Assembly (NCBI GenBank): GCA_902511405.1
Contig: CABXEZ010000003.1
Span: forward strand, 7,251 to 71,250
Direction of reading: 5' to 3'
Origin: an uncultured Alphaproteobacteria bacterium
GTDB taxonomy: Bacteria > Pseudomonadota > Alphaproteobacteria > HIMB59 > GCA-002718135
DNA: 64,000 bases
Shown here: positions 9,678 to 19,245 of the stretch, one piece after another
How positions within the stretch are numbered: position 1 is the first letter of the stretch
Layout: every line of letters begins with the position of its first letter
The notes under the pieces: generated by a model
The model's database searches: none
What the model was told of the DNA's origin: nothing
The model's input: only the letters and a program-made list of their open reading frames with translations
Position numbers and translations under genes: made by a program

Positions 9678-11178
9678 AAATATACTTGAATTAACTAACG
9701 TAACAAAAAACTTTCCAGGTGTAAAAGCTTTAGATGACGCCAATTTCAAATTAAAAAAAGGATCAATCCATGCCTTGCTTGGAGAAAATGGTGCAGGAAA
9801 GTCTACTATGATCAAAATTATTACAGGAGTGTACAAGCAAGATTTTGGGGCTTTAATCATTGATGATAACAAACAAAGCTTCTCTTCTCCAAATGAAGCA
9901 AATAAGTCAGGTATATCAGTAGTTCATCAAGAGAGAAATTTAATTCGTCGTTTTTCAGTCGGTGAAAATTTAATGCTCAATAATTTACCAAAAAATAACT
10001 TTGGTTTGATTAATTATGATGAAGTTGCAAAACAATCAAAAAAATGGCTTGATATAATGGAGCTAGATATACATCCAAACACAATAGTTTCAGAATTAAC
10101 AGTAGCAAAAATGCAACTATGTGAAATTGCAAAGGCTTTATCTTTAGAGTCTAAAATTTTATTGTTAGATGAGCCTACTTCTTCATTATCTCCGCAAGAT
10201 ACTAAAAATTTATTTTCTCTTTTAAAGCGATTAGTAAAAGAGCAAGATGTAAGTATTGTTTTTGTAAGTCATAAGCTGGAAGAGGTTTTTGAAATTTGTG
10301 ATGAGGTAACTGTATTAAGAGATGGTAAGAATGCTTGTGTCTCTGAAAATATCAATAATTTAGATAGACAAAAATTGGTAAAATTAATGATTGGTAGAGA
10401 TGAGCAAATTATAAAATCTAAAGAAAATAAAAATATGAACAAAGAAAATTTGCTAGATTTAATAAACATTAACACAGATTTAGGGCACAAAGAAATTAGC
10501 TTAAACCTAAAAAAAGGAGAGATTTTGGGCCTTTATGGGTTAGTTGGAGCAGGTAGAACTGAATTAATTAAATGTCTTTTAGGTTTAGATAGAATTATTT
10601 CAGGTAAGCTTGTTTTAAACAATGAAGAAATAAAAATACACTCTCCTAAAGAGGCATTAGAAAAGTATAAAATTGGTTACATCAGTGAAGATAGAAAAAA
10701 AGAAGGTTTAATACTCATGCATGATGTTTTAACTAATGCAGGTATTACGGTTTGGTCAAAGTTAAAAAAGATTCTATCTTTTTTAAATAACGGTATTATT
10801 TACAACAAGGTTGATCCTTATATAAAAAAATTAGAAGTTAAAACTCCTTCTTATAATCAATTAGTCTCTAATTTATCAGGAGGCAATCAGCAAAAAATTA
10901 GTGTTGCCAAGTGGTTAGCTGCTGGAACTGATATCTTGTTTATAGATGAGCCAACTGTAGGGATTGATATTAAAACAAAAGCATATTTACATGAATTAAT
11001 TATTAATTTATCTAAAAATGGCACTTCGATAATTTTAATTACCAGTGATATGCCAGAAATGATCGGTTTAGCTGATAGAATCATTACCATGAAAGATTTT
11101 AAAGTGGTAGGAGAAACAATTAACAATCACAACTATGATGATATGAGTTCATCTATAATGGCAAGTATTCATGAATAA
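9670..11178 (+). CDS. sugar ABC transporter ATP-binding protein (tandem ATPase domains)
   Basis: 502 aa. Walker A 'GENGAGKST', 'LLLDEPTS', and in the second domain 'LSGGNQQK' plus 'LFIDEPTVGID'. Confidence 0.9.
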   Translation: MSKNILELTNVTKNFPGVKALDDANFKLKKGSIHALLGENGAGKSTMIKIITGVYKQDFGALIIDDNKQSFSSPNEANKSGISVVHQERNLIRRFSVGENLMLNNLPKNNFGLINYDEVAKQSKKWLDIMELDIHPNTIVSELTVAKMQLCEIAKALSLESKILLLDEPTSSLSPQDTKNLFSLLKRLVKEQDVSIVFVSHKLEEVFEICDEVTVLRDGKNACVSENINNLDRQKLVKLMIGRDEQIIKSKENKNMNKENLLDLININTDLGHKEISLNLKKGEILGLYGLVGAGRTELIKCLLGLDRIISGKLVLNNEEIKIHSPKEALEKYKIGYISEDRKKEGLILMHDVLTNAGITVWSKLKKILSFLNNGIIYNKVDPYIKKLEVKTPSYNQLVSNLSGGNQQKISVAKWLAAGTDILFIDEPTVGIDIKTKAYLHELIINLSKNGTSIILITSDMPEMIGLADRIITMKDFKVVGETINNHNYDDMSSSIMASIHE

Positions 11179-12175
11179 TAGAAAGCTTGGGAAAACAAAT
11201 ATCAATTTAAATGCAATTGGTTTTGGTGGAGCACCGTTTGGAGATTTGTTTGAAAATCTGGAAGAGCCAAATTGTTTTGAGGTATTAACAAAATGTTATG
11301 AAGCAAATATCAACTTGTATGATACCTCTCCACTTTATGGATATGGTTTAAGTGAACATCGTTTAGGAAATTTTTTGAAAACTGTAAATGAAGATAGTTA
11401 TTATTTGTCTACTAAGGTTGGTAGATACTTAACTCCAGAACAAGAGTCAAAAATAGATAGAGGGCGATTTGCAGGAGGATTAAATTTTACACCTCATCTA
11501 GATTATTCCTACGATGGAGTTATGAGATCTTTTGAACAGTCACTTATAAGATTGGCTGTATCAAAAGTTGATATATGCTTGATACACGATGTGGATAAAT
11601 TTACCCATGGCAATGAAGTTGATCATTATTTTAAACTTGCGATGGATGGAGCTTATAAAGCCCTTCAAAAACTCAAAGATGAAAAAGTGATAAAGGCAAT
11701 AGGTGTTGGTATTAATGACTCTGATATTTGTGCAAAGTTTGCAGAAGCTGGTGAATTTGATTGTATGCTTTTAGCAGGTAGATACTCCTTGTTAGATCAA
11801 AATGCACTTAACGATTTCTTTCCTATTGCTGAAAAAAATAATATTGGCATAATTCTTGCTGGAGTATTTAACTCAGGAATTCTTGCAAAGGGGATTGGCA
11901 AAAATATTACCTATTTTTATGATACGATTCCAGAAGAAGTTAAAAATAAATATTTGAAAATTTCAAAAATTTGTGAAAATTATAATGTTCCTGTTCCAGC
12001 TGCAGCCATTCAGTTTTCATATTCTAATAAATTAATCTCTTCTATGATATTAGGAATGGACAGACCTGATCAAATTAAGCAAAATTTAGATTACTTAAAC
12101 TTTAATATCCCTAATGATTTATGGAGTGATCTATTTAAAGAAAAACTAATTGATGAAAGGTGCCCTTTATTATGA
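11171..12175 (+). CDS. aldo/keto reductase (L-fucose / D-threo-aldose 1-dehydrogenase-like)
   Basis: 334 aa. 'GFGGAPFG', 'YDTSPLYG' and 'LIHD' are AKR motifs. The genomic context includes a fuconate-dehydratase-like gene. Confidence 0.75.
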   Translation: MNNRKLGKTNINLNAIGFGGAPFGDLFENLEEPNCFEVLTKCYEANINLYDTSPLYGYGLSEHRLGNFLKTVNEDSYYLSTKVGRYLTPEQESKIDRGRFAGGLNFTPHLDYSYDGVMRSFEQSLIRLAVSKVDICLIHDVDKFTHGNEVDHYFKLAMDGAYKALQKLKDEKVIKAIGVGINDSDICAKFAEAGEFDCMLLAGRYSLLDQNALNDFFPIAEKNNIGIILAGVFNSGILAKGIGKNITYFYDTIPEEVKNKYLKISKICENYNVPVPAAAIQFSYSNKLISSMILGMDRPDQIKQNLDYLNFNIPNDLWSDLFKEKLIDERCPLL

Positions 12176-13458
12176 AAGTAACTAATGTAAAAACTCAAGA
12201 TATTCGTTTCCCAACATCAAAAGATAATTTAGGTACAGATGCTGTTCATGTAGATTGTGATTATTCTGCAACGTATGTAACGATTGAAACTGATAATGAT
12301 AATTTTACAGGAATAGGATCTACTTTTACAATTGGAAAAGGAAATGATCTTTGTTGTAAATCCATTGAGTACTTCAAAGAATTTATTATAGGAAAAGAAG
12401 TTGATGAAATTGAAAAAGAACTTGGATTAATATGGGAGAAAGTAACAAACCATAGTCAGCTGAGATGGGTAGGTCCTCAAAAAGGGGTAACGCACTTAGC
12501 TGCTGCTGCTTTTTTTAACGCTATTTGGGATTTAATTTCAAAGATTTATAAAAAACCACTTTGGAGATACATAATAGATATAGAAACAGAACAATTACTG
12601 GACATGCTCTCTTTTTCATACATCGATGATGTAATAACAAAAAAAGAAGCGGCTGAAATTATAGATAAAAAAAAACAAAATTTACCCTCCAACATAGATG
12701 AGTTAAATTCAACTATTTTTCCTGCATACACAACTGCTGCAGGTTGGCTTGGATATTCAGATGATAAAATGAAAGATCTGGTTAAAGAAAATTTACAAAA
12801 AGGATGGACACATTTTAAAATGAAAGTTGGTCAAGATATTGAAAGAGATATTCATCGCTGTAAGTTGGTAAGAGAGCTTATTGGAAAAGATAATAAGTTG
12901 ATGGTCGATTCTAATCAAGTATGGAGTGTTAATGAAACAATTGAGTATATCAACCAATTAAAGCAATTTGATATTATGTTTTATGAAGAACCAACTAATC
13001 CAGATGATATACTTGGTTTTCGAAAAATAAAAGATGCTCATCCAGATATAAAATTAGCAACTGGTGAAATGATTCAAAATAAAGTAATTTTTAAACAATT
13101 TATTGAAAATAAATCTTTAGATTATTGTCAAATTGATAGTTGTAGAATTGCAAGTATTAATGAAATATTACCAGTTTTATTAATTGCTAGTAAATTTAAT
13201 ACTCCAGTCATTCCTCATGCTGGTGGTATTGGTTTGTGCGAATATGTTCAGCATTTGAATCTAATCAATAAATTCATTATTACCAATAATGATCTTTTCT
13301 TAAGTGAGTATGCTGAGAGTTGTTCCGAGCATTTTGATAATCCAGCTATTATTAAGAACGGTGGGTATGTTACACCAACTAATCCAGGATATTCTGTAAA
13401 AATAAAAGATAGTTCTCTGGCAGAATTTGATTATAATAATGGCACATATTGGAATTAA
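12172..13458 (+). CDS. enolase-superfamily acid-sugar dehydratase, L-fuconate dehydratase-like
   Basis: N-terminus 'MKVTNVKTQDIRFPTS...GTDAVHVDCDYSATYV' and 'KMKVG', 'VDSNQVW', 'YEEPT' metal-ligand blocks fit the mandelate racemase subgroup. ATG 12172 forms an ATGA overlap with the AKR stop. The track start at 12160 is likely an over-extension. Confidence 0.75.
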   Translation: MKVTNVKTQDIRFPTSKDNLGTDAVHVDCDYSATYVTIETDNDNFTGIGSTFTIGKGNDLCCKSIEYFKEFIIGKEVDEIEKELGLIWEKVTNHSQLRWVGPQKGVTHLAAAAFFNAIWDLISKIYKKPLWRYIIDIETEQLLDMLSFSYIDDVITKKEAAEIIDKKKQNLPSNIDELNSTIFPAYTTAAGWLGYSDDKMKDLVKENLQKGWTHFKMKVGQDIERDIHRCKLVRELIGKDNKLMVDSNQVWSVNETIEYINQLKQFDIMFYEEPTNPDDILGFRKIKDAHPDIKLATGEMIQNKVIFKQFIENKSLDYCQIDSCRIASINEILPVLLIASKFNTPVIPHAGGIGLCEYVQHLNLINKFIITNNDLFLSEYAESCSEHFDNPAIIKNGGYVTPTNPGYSVKIKDSSLAEFDYNNGTYWN

Positions 13459-14283
13459 ATGTACGTAGACAGTCATCAACATTTTTGGAAACTTGCAAGA
13501 GGGGATTACTCTTGGATGACTCCAGATATGAAGAAACTATATAAAGATTTTTTTCCATCAGATTTAGAGCCATTGATTAAAGAAAAAAATATTTCTAAAA
13601 CAATAATTGTTCAAGCAGCTGATACAGTTGCTGAAACAGAATTTACTCTTAAAATAGCTGAAGACAATGAATTTGTAGCAGGTGTTGTAGGTTGGGTTGA
13701 TTTAGAGAGTTCAAAAACAAAAGAAACTATTGATAAGCTATGTGAAAGTAAATTCTTTAAAGGTGTAAGGCCTATGATTCATGATATAGAAAATGATGAA
13801 TGGATGTTACAAAATAATTTAAATGAAAATATAAATTATCTAGCAACTAAAAATTTAACATTTGATGCTTTAGTCAGACCTCAGCATCTAAAACATTTGA
13901 TAAAATTTGTTCAAAAATTTGATTTTCTACCAATAGTTATTGATCATATTGCAAAGCCTAAAATACTAAATTCTGAAATTGATGAATGGAAAAAAGATAT
14001 GCAAGCTTTATCTCGTTACCAAAATGTATTTTGTAAATTTTCAGGAGTTTTAACTGAAGTGGGAGAAGGTTACTCAAAAACTCAAATAGAACCATATGTT
14101 GACTTTATTTTAAATTTATTTTCACCAAATAAAATTATGTGGGGAAGTGATTGGCCAGTTCTAACGATGGCAGAAAAATATAGTAACTGGTTTGATCTTG
14201 CTATGGATTGTTGTAATAATTTTTCAGAGTCAGAAAAAAATATGATTTTTGCAAATACAGCAAAAAATTTTTATAATATTTAA
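13459..14283 (+). CDS. amidohydrolase_2 family lactonase (L-fucono-1,5-lactonase-like)
   Basis: 274 aa. 'VDSHQHFW' N-terminal metal motif and 'WGSDWPV' near the C-terminus. Confidence 0.7.
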   Translation: MYVDSHQHFWKLARGDYSWMTPDMKKLYKDFFPSDLEPLIKEKNISKTIIVQAADTVAETEFTLKIAEDNEFVAGVVGWVDLESSKTKETIDKLCESKFFKGVRPMIHDIENDEWMLQNNLNENINYLATKNLTFDALVRPQHLKHLIKFVQKFDFLPIVIDHIAKPKILNSEIDEWKKDMQALSRYQNVFCKFSGVLTEVGEGYSKTQIEPYVDFILNLFSPNKIMWGSDWPVLTMAEKYSNWFDLAMDCCNNFSESEKNMIFANTAKNFYNI

Positions 14284-14311
14284 TAATTTAATATTTAATG
14301 CAGAGTTTAAA

Positions 14312-14635
14312 ATGTTGAGAATTGGCGTAACAATAGGGATAAAAAAGGATAAAATTGAAGAATATAAAAAATTACATGCAAATGTATGGCCTGAAGTTTT
14401 AGAAAATCTTACAGAACTAAATTTTAAAAACTATTCTATTTATTTGCACAATAATATGCTTTTTGGTTATATGGAATATCATGGCAATGATATTGAAAGA
14501 GATAATCAATTGATGGCAAATAATAAAAAAGTTCAGGAATGGTGGAGTGTATGCGGTCCTTGTCAAATACCTGATCCAAATAGGAAAAAAGGAGAGTGGT
14601 GGTCAGTTATGGAAGAGGTTTTTCACCATGAATAA
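14312..14635 (+). CDS. L-rhamnose mutarotase (RhaM/DUF718) family protein
   Basis: About 107 aa from ATG 14312. 'YKKLHANVWPEVL', 'NYSIY' and 'WWSVMEEVFH' match the RhaM family. The 5' extension in the track overlaps the previous gene and is unlikely to be real. Confidence 0.75.
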   Translation: MLRIGVTIGIKKDKIEEYKKLHANVWPEVLENLTELNFKNYSIYLHNNMLFGYMEYHGNDIERDNQLMANNKKVQEWWSVCGPCQIPDPNRKKGEWWSVMEEVFHHE

Positions 14636-14649
14636 TTTTAGATTATAGA

Positions 14650-15543
14650 ATGAAAACTACAATTTGCTCAATCGGGGAATGCATGATTGAAATAACAAAC
14701 GTAGAAAAAGAATTATACAATTACTCTGTAGCAGGTGATACTTTAAATTTTACTTCTTATTTAGACCAAAGTATTTTTAATAAATTTTATTTAACGGCAA
14801 TAGGGACATCTGATATCAATAGAGGTGTTATTAGTTTTTTAAAGAAAAAAAAAATAAATACTGATTTAGTTAAAAATATTCAATCTAAAGAAATAGGATT
14901 ATACCTTATAAAGAATACAAAAAGGGGAGAAAAACAATTCTATTATTGGAGAGATAATAGTGCTTCTAAGTTTTTTTTCAATAATATGAATAAAAATTTA
15001 TTTATAAAAAAACAAAGATTTGATTATATTTATTTAACGGGAATAACATTATCATTATTAGATCCTAAAAATATAGATAAATTCATTTCGCATTTATCAA
15101 TTTTAAGAAAAAAAAATAGTAAAGTTATTTTTGATTTTAATATTCGTATCAAAAGATGGTCAAAAAAGAATTTAAATTTATTCTTGAATACCACACTTCC
15201 AAATATTGATATACTTTTTTGTTCTGGTGAAGATTTAGTTTGTTGGAAAAAAAATGATCATATAAAAACTTTTGAAAAAATTTTAAAAAAATTTAATATC
15301 TTTCATGCTATCTTTAGAAAAAATGAAAAATATAATTATTCTTTTTATAAAAATAAAAAATACATGATTAGAAACAAGCCTATAAAGAAAGTTGTAGATA
15401 CATCTGGTGCTGGAGATGGTTATAATGCAGCTTATTTATCAAACTTTATAATATCCAAAAACCCTCAACTAGCTCTTAAAGAGGCAAGTAAAATAGGAGC
15501 AAAAATTGTTATGAAAAAAGGTGCTATAGTTAATGTTAAATAA
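14650..15543 (+). CDS. kdgK: PfkB-family sugar kinase (2-dehydro-3-deoxygluconokinase-like)
   Basis: 297 aa. C-terminal 'DTSGAGDGYNAAYL' is the PfkB signature. Adjacent to eda. The symbol is tentative. Confidence 0.7.
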   Translation: MKTTICSIGECMIEITNVEKELYNYSVAGDTLNFTSYLDQSIFNKFYLTAIGTSDINRGVISFLKKKKINTDLVKNIQSKEIGLYLIKNTKRGEKQFYYWRDNSASKFFFNNMNKNLFIKKQRFDYIYLTGITLSLLDPKNIDKFISHLSILRKKNSKVIFDFNIRIKRWSKKNLNLFLNTTLPNIDILFCSGEDLVCWKKNDHIKTFEKILKKFNIFHAIFRKNEKYNYSFYKNKKYMIRNKPIKKVVDTSGAGDGYNAAYLSNFIISKNPQLALKEASKIGAKIVMKKGAIVNVK

Positions 15544-16090
15544 GAATTTAGAAACTGAATTAAATAAACAACAAATTTTACCAATACTAAATACCACAGA
15601 ATTGCGTGATGATATAAAGAGATTAGAAGTCTTCTTGTTAAATAACTCTCATATAAAGAATATAGAGATTACATTGAGACAAGAGGACTCCTTTGAAATT
15701 GCTAAAGAAATAAATAAAAATTTTACTAATATAAATTTTGGACTCGGCTCAATTTTATCAGAACGAGATTATTTAAAGGGTAAAGACGCAGGGTTTCATT
15801 TTTTTGTATCACCTGGAATAGTTACGAGTTTGGTAAAAAATCAAGTGACTAATTATATTCCGGGAGGAGAGACAATTTCTGAGTTTATGTATTTGCTAGA
15901 TAGTGGATATAAGAATATTAAGTTTTTTCCTTCAAATCTAGCTGGGGGTTACAAAAAACTTGTTTCAATTGAAAATATTTTAAAAGAAGCAAGTTTTATT
16001 CCAACTGGAGGTATAAACAAAAAAAATTATATGGACTATGTATCTTTAAAAAATGTTTTATGTGTTGGAATGTCTAAATTTGATGATTAA
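15533..16090 (+). CDS. eda: KDPG/KHG aldolase family protein
   Basis: 185 aa (short). 'IKFFPS' (Schiff-base Lys region) and 'IPTGGI' motifs. Confidence 0.65.
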   Translation: MLNKNLETELNKQQILPILNTTELRDDIKRLEVFLLNNSHIKNIEITLRQEDSFEIAKEINKNFTNINFGLGSILSERDYLKGKDAGFHFFVSPGIVTSLVKNQVTNYIPGGETISEFMYLLDSGYKNIKFFPSNLAGGYKKLVSIENILKEASFIPTGGINKKNYMDYVSLKNVLCVGMSKFDD

Positions 16091-16116
16091 AATAATACAG
16101 TTTAATAATAAAAATA

Positions 16117-16320
16117 TTATTTTTTTCTATTTTCTATAAACAAATACAATTCCTTAATTTTAGAAGATGCGCTTTTAGTAAATAGTGCTGGTATTATAGA
16201 GTGAAAGAAAGCTTGCAATGATGCTATAAATAATTGTGAAGATATTTTAAGGGCAGCACCCATATGCTGTAAGTAATTTTCTTTTGCATCCATTAAGTGT
16301 TTTTTAGAATTTTTAATCAT
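16117..16320 (-). CDS. small hypothetical protein, possibly membrane-associated
   Basis: 67 aa. Coupled to the upstream ureohydrolase by a TAATG overlap at 16318-16322. One hydrophobic helix. No function can be read from the sequence. Confidence 0.5.
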   Translation of the reverse strand: MIKNSKKHLMDAKENYLQHMGAALKISSQLFIASLQAFFHSIIPALFTKSASSKIKELYLFIENRKK

Positions 16321-17258
16321 TAATTTGTTTTAGTCATGGTGCATAAAATTTCAAACGCAATAGTAGCTCCAACAAGTGATGTCATATTATTTATATCAAA
16401 TGGAGGGGAGACTTCTACTACATCAGCACCTATAAAATTTAAGCTATGTAAGTGTCTAATTATTAACTGTGCTTCACGAACAGTTATCCCTCCGACTTCA
16501 GGCGTGCCCGTTCCTGGAGCAAAAGTTGGGTCAATGCCATCTATATCAAAGGTAAAATAAGTAGATGTATCCTCCAAGACATCTTTAATTATTTTAATAG
16601 TTTCTTCCATGCCGATTTCATAAAATTTATCTGTTGAGATAATTGTTATTCCTTGATCAATAGCCCATTTTAGATCATCAGGATCATATAGTCCGCCGCG
16701 TAAACCTAAAATTACATATTTTTTTGGATCAATAAGATCTTCCTCAATTGCTCTTCTAAAAGGTGTACCATGTGTGTACTTGAAACCTCCAAAATAAGTA
16801 TCCCAAGTATCTGAATGAGAATCAAATTGGAACATTCCTAGAGGTTTATCTTTCGCCAATGCCCTAAGTATTGGTAGAGAGACTAAATGATCACCTCCAA
16901 TTGAAAGGGGAATAGTTTTTGACTCAACAATTTTATTGTAAAACTTAGTGACTTTATTGAGTGAATCTTGAAGATCAACTGGATTTATAGGGCAATCACC
17001 AATATCTGCTATTTGAAATTTATCATATGGGCTTTTCAGAGAAGATGGATGGTAAGTTCTTACAAGTGAAGAGGCATTACGAATTTCTCTTGGGCCATGT
17101 CTTGCTCCTGGTCTATTTGTAGTTCCCCCGTCCCAAGGAATTCCACAAACACAGTAATCTAATTTATTTAGATCTTTTATAACTGGTAATCGAAAAAAAG
17201 TTGCAATGTCTGCAAAGCGTGGAGTAGTTTGACTAGGTAAGGGTTTTATTTGAGTCAT
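16320..17258 (-). CDS. speB: arginase-family ureohydrolase (agmatinase / guanidino-acid hydrolase-like)
   Basis: 312 aa. 'GGDH', 'FDSHSD' and 'DIDGIDP' Mn-binding motifs. Substrate cannot be assigned, so the symbol is tentative. Confidence 0.8.
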   Translation of the reverse strand: MTQIKPLPSQTTPRFADIATFFRLPVIKDLNKLDYCVCGIPWDGGTTNRPGARHGPREIRNASSLVRTYHPSSLKSPYDKFQIADIGDCPINPVDLQDSLNKVTKFYNKIVESKTIPLSIGGDHLVSLPILRALAKDKPLGMFQFDSHSDTWDTYFGGFKYTHGTPFRRAIEEDLIDPKKYVILGLRGGLYDPDDLKWAIDQGITIISTDKFYEIGMEETIKIIKDVLEDTSTYFTFDIDGIDPTFAPGTGTPEVGGITVREAQLIIRHLHSLNFIGADVVEVSPPFDINNMTSLVGATIAFEILCTMTKTN

Positions 17259-17302
17259 ATTTAGTTGTTATGATATAAAGATTAAATTATTACAATAAAA
17301 TA

Positions 17303-17848
17303 ATGAGTGATAATTCACATACATCTATTCTAAAAAATGAAGGCGTTATGAATACGCTTAAAAACAAAAATTTTCCCAATATTTCTCTACCTAATCAGGA
17401 CGGCAATTTACTCAATCTTCATCGTTTAGATACTTTTAGGATGGTTTTATATTTTTATCCTATGACAGGAAGGCCTGACAGACCCCTTCCTGATAATTGG
17501 AATAACATTCCTGGTGCTAAAGGGTGCACCATTCAAACCTGTTTATTTAGGGATAATTATGATGAGATTATAAGTTTAAATGCAGTTCCCATTGGTATTT
17601 CTTCACAAAGTGTTGATGATAATAAAGAAATGACTAGCAGGTTAAAGGTTCCTTACGATGTCTTGAGTGATGAAAAATTAGAATTAAGTAAAGAATTAAA
17701 TATCCCAACTTTTTTGGTAAATTCAAAATTTTTTTTAAAGCGTATCACTTTAATAGTTGAGAAAAAAATTATTAAAAAAGTTTTTTATCCTATAAATGAC
17801 ATAAATATGCATATAGAAGAGGTTTTGAAATGGTTAAAAGTAAACTAA
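17303..17848 (+). CDS. bcp: Bcp-type peroxiredoxin (AhpC/TSA family)
   Basis: 181 aa. 'PGAKGCTIQTCLFRD' matches the Bcp CxxxxC active-site region. Confidence 0.7.
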   Translation: MSDNSHTSILKNEGVMNTLKNKNFPNISLPNQDGNLLNLHRLDTFRMVLYFYPMTGRPDRPLPDNWNNIPGAKGCTIQTCLFRDNYDEIISLNAVPIGISSQSVDDNKEMTSRLKVPYDVLSDEKLELSKELNIPTFLVNSKFFLKRITLIVEKKIIKKVFYPINDINMHIEEVLKWLKVN

Positions 17849-18162
17849 AATATTTAATTACTATTATTTTTTTATATTCTTCATTAGCATATGCCAACCC
17901 AAATACTGACCAATGGATGGAAACAGACAAGAGTTATAAAGATTTAATAAATGAAGGGTTTGAAGTTAAAAGTTATGCTATGAATACTATTGAAACTGCC
18001 AATGGGTTATATATTCTTTTATTTGTTACCGTATTGCAAAAAGAAAAAGAATTATATGAATGTCAAGAATATCAAACTATTGATAAAACAATAGAGACAA
18101 TCGATATGACGCTAGTTTGTAAAGAGTTAGTTCAACCTTACGAAAGAGGTTTAGGTACTTAA
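17830..18162 (+). CDS. hypothetical secreted protein
   Basis: 110 aa with a signal-peptide-like N-terminus (...IIFLYSSLAYA). No recognisable domain. Confidence 0.5.
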   Translation: MVKSKLKYLITIIFLYSSLAYANPNTDQWMETDKSYKDLINEGFEVKSYAMNTIETANGLYILLFVTVLQKEKELYECQEYQTIDKTIETIDMTLVCKELVQPYERGLGT

Positions 18163-18740
18163 CCTTTATAATACTCTAAAAAAAACCATTGAAGCGCTAC
18201 TAAAGTTAACCCATTAATTATTTTCTTTTCTTTAAGCATTTCTCTTACTTCATCAATTTTGAAAGACTTAACAAGTATATCTTCATTTTCTTTTTCAAGA
18301 CCTCTTATTCTTTCTCCATTAAATGCCTGAATTTCTCCTAAATATAAGTGATAATATGATTCAGATGATCCAGGGGCAGGAAAATAAGATTGAATAGGGT
18401 GTATTTTTTTTACTTCACAACCTGTTTCTTCAAAACATTCCCTTTTAGCAGTTTCTTCTGGATTTTCTCCTTCATCAATTATACCTGCTACTATTTCTAA
18501 TAAGTAATTTTCATCATATCTTGATAAAACACCTGCTCTAAATTGCTGAATGAGAATTATTTCTTTTTTAATCGGATCATAAGGCAACAAAGTAGAAACA
18601 TGGGCACCACTAAACACTTCTCGTCCTACAGTGCCAGTCCATTCACCATCATGTTTCTTGTGAATAAATTCATATTTATTAAGAGAAAAAAAACCAGAAT
18701 AAAGATTTTTTTTATTAATAATTTTATATTTTAGTTTCAT
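18159..18740 (-). CDS. NUDIX hydrolase (ADP-ribose pyrophosphatase-like)
   Basis: 193 aa. Nudix box 'GIIDEGENPEETAKRECFEETG'. Confidence 0.85.
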   Translation of the reverse strand: MKLKYKIINKKNLYSGFFSLNKYEFIHKKHDGEWTGTVGREVFSGAHVSTLLPYDPIKKEIILIQQFRAGVLSRYDENYLLEIVAGIIDEGENPEETAKRECFEETGCEVKKIHPIQSYFPAPGSSESYYHLYLGEIQAFNGERIRGLEKENEDILVKSFKIDEVREMLKEKKIINGLTLVALQWFFLEYYKG

Positions 18741-18778
18741 TAGTTTGATAAAATAAATTTAGTGTATATATTTAAATT

Positions 18779-19240
18779 ATGATTCAAAAAGCTTTATTTG
18801 GTGCTGGTTGTTTTTGGGGTGTTGAAGAGCATTTTAGAACAATTAATGGCGTTACAAAAACAGAAGTTGGATACTCTGGTGGTCATACTAAAAACCCTAC
18901 TTATGAAAGTATCTGTTATGAGAATACAGATCATGCAGAAGTTTTGCTGGTAGAATTTGATGAAGACTTAATCTCTTATGAGCTTTTAGTTGATGAATTT
19001 TGGAAATGTCATGATCCTACCACCTTAGATAGGCAGGGTCCTGATGTGGGTCGTCAATACAGATCTGTTATTTATTATTATAATGATATGCAAAAAAATA
19101 TTGCAAATAATTCTAAAGATAGACATCAGGAAAGTTTTCAAAACAATATTGTTACTGAAATCTCTAATGCAGATGTTTTTTATAAAGCTGAGGAGTACCA
19201 TCAAAAATATATTCTAAAAGGTAATAGCTGCGCAATTTAG
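18779..19240 (+). CDS. msrA: peptide-methionine (S)-S-oxide reductase
   Basis: 153 aa. The 'GAGCFWGVEEHF' active site is diagnostic. Confidence 0.92.
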   Translation: MIQKALFGAGCFWGVEEHFRTINGVTKTEVGYSGGHTKNPTYESICYENTDHAEVLLVEFDEDLISYELLVDEFWKCHDPTTLDRQGPDVGRQYRSVIYYYNDMQKNIANNSKDRHQESFQNNIVTEISNADVFYKAEEYHQKYILKGNSCAI

Positions 19241-19245
19241 TTTCA

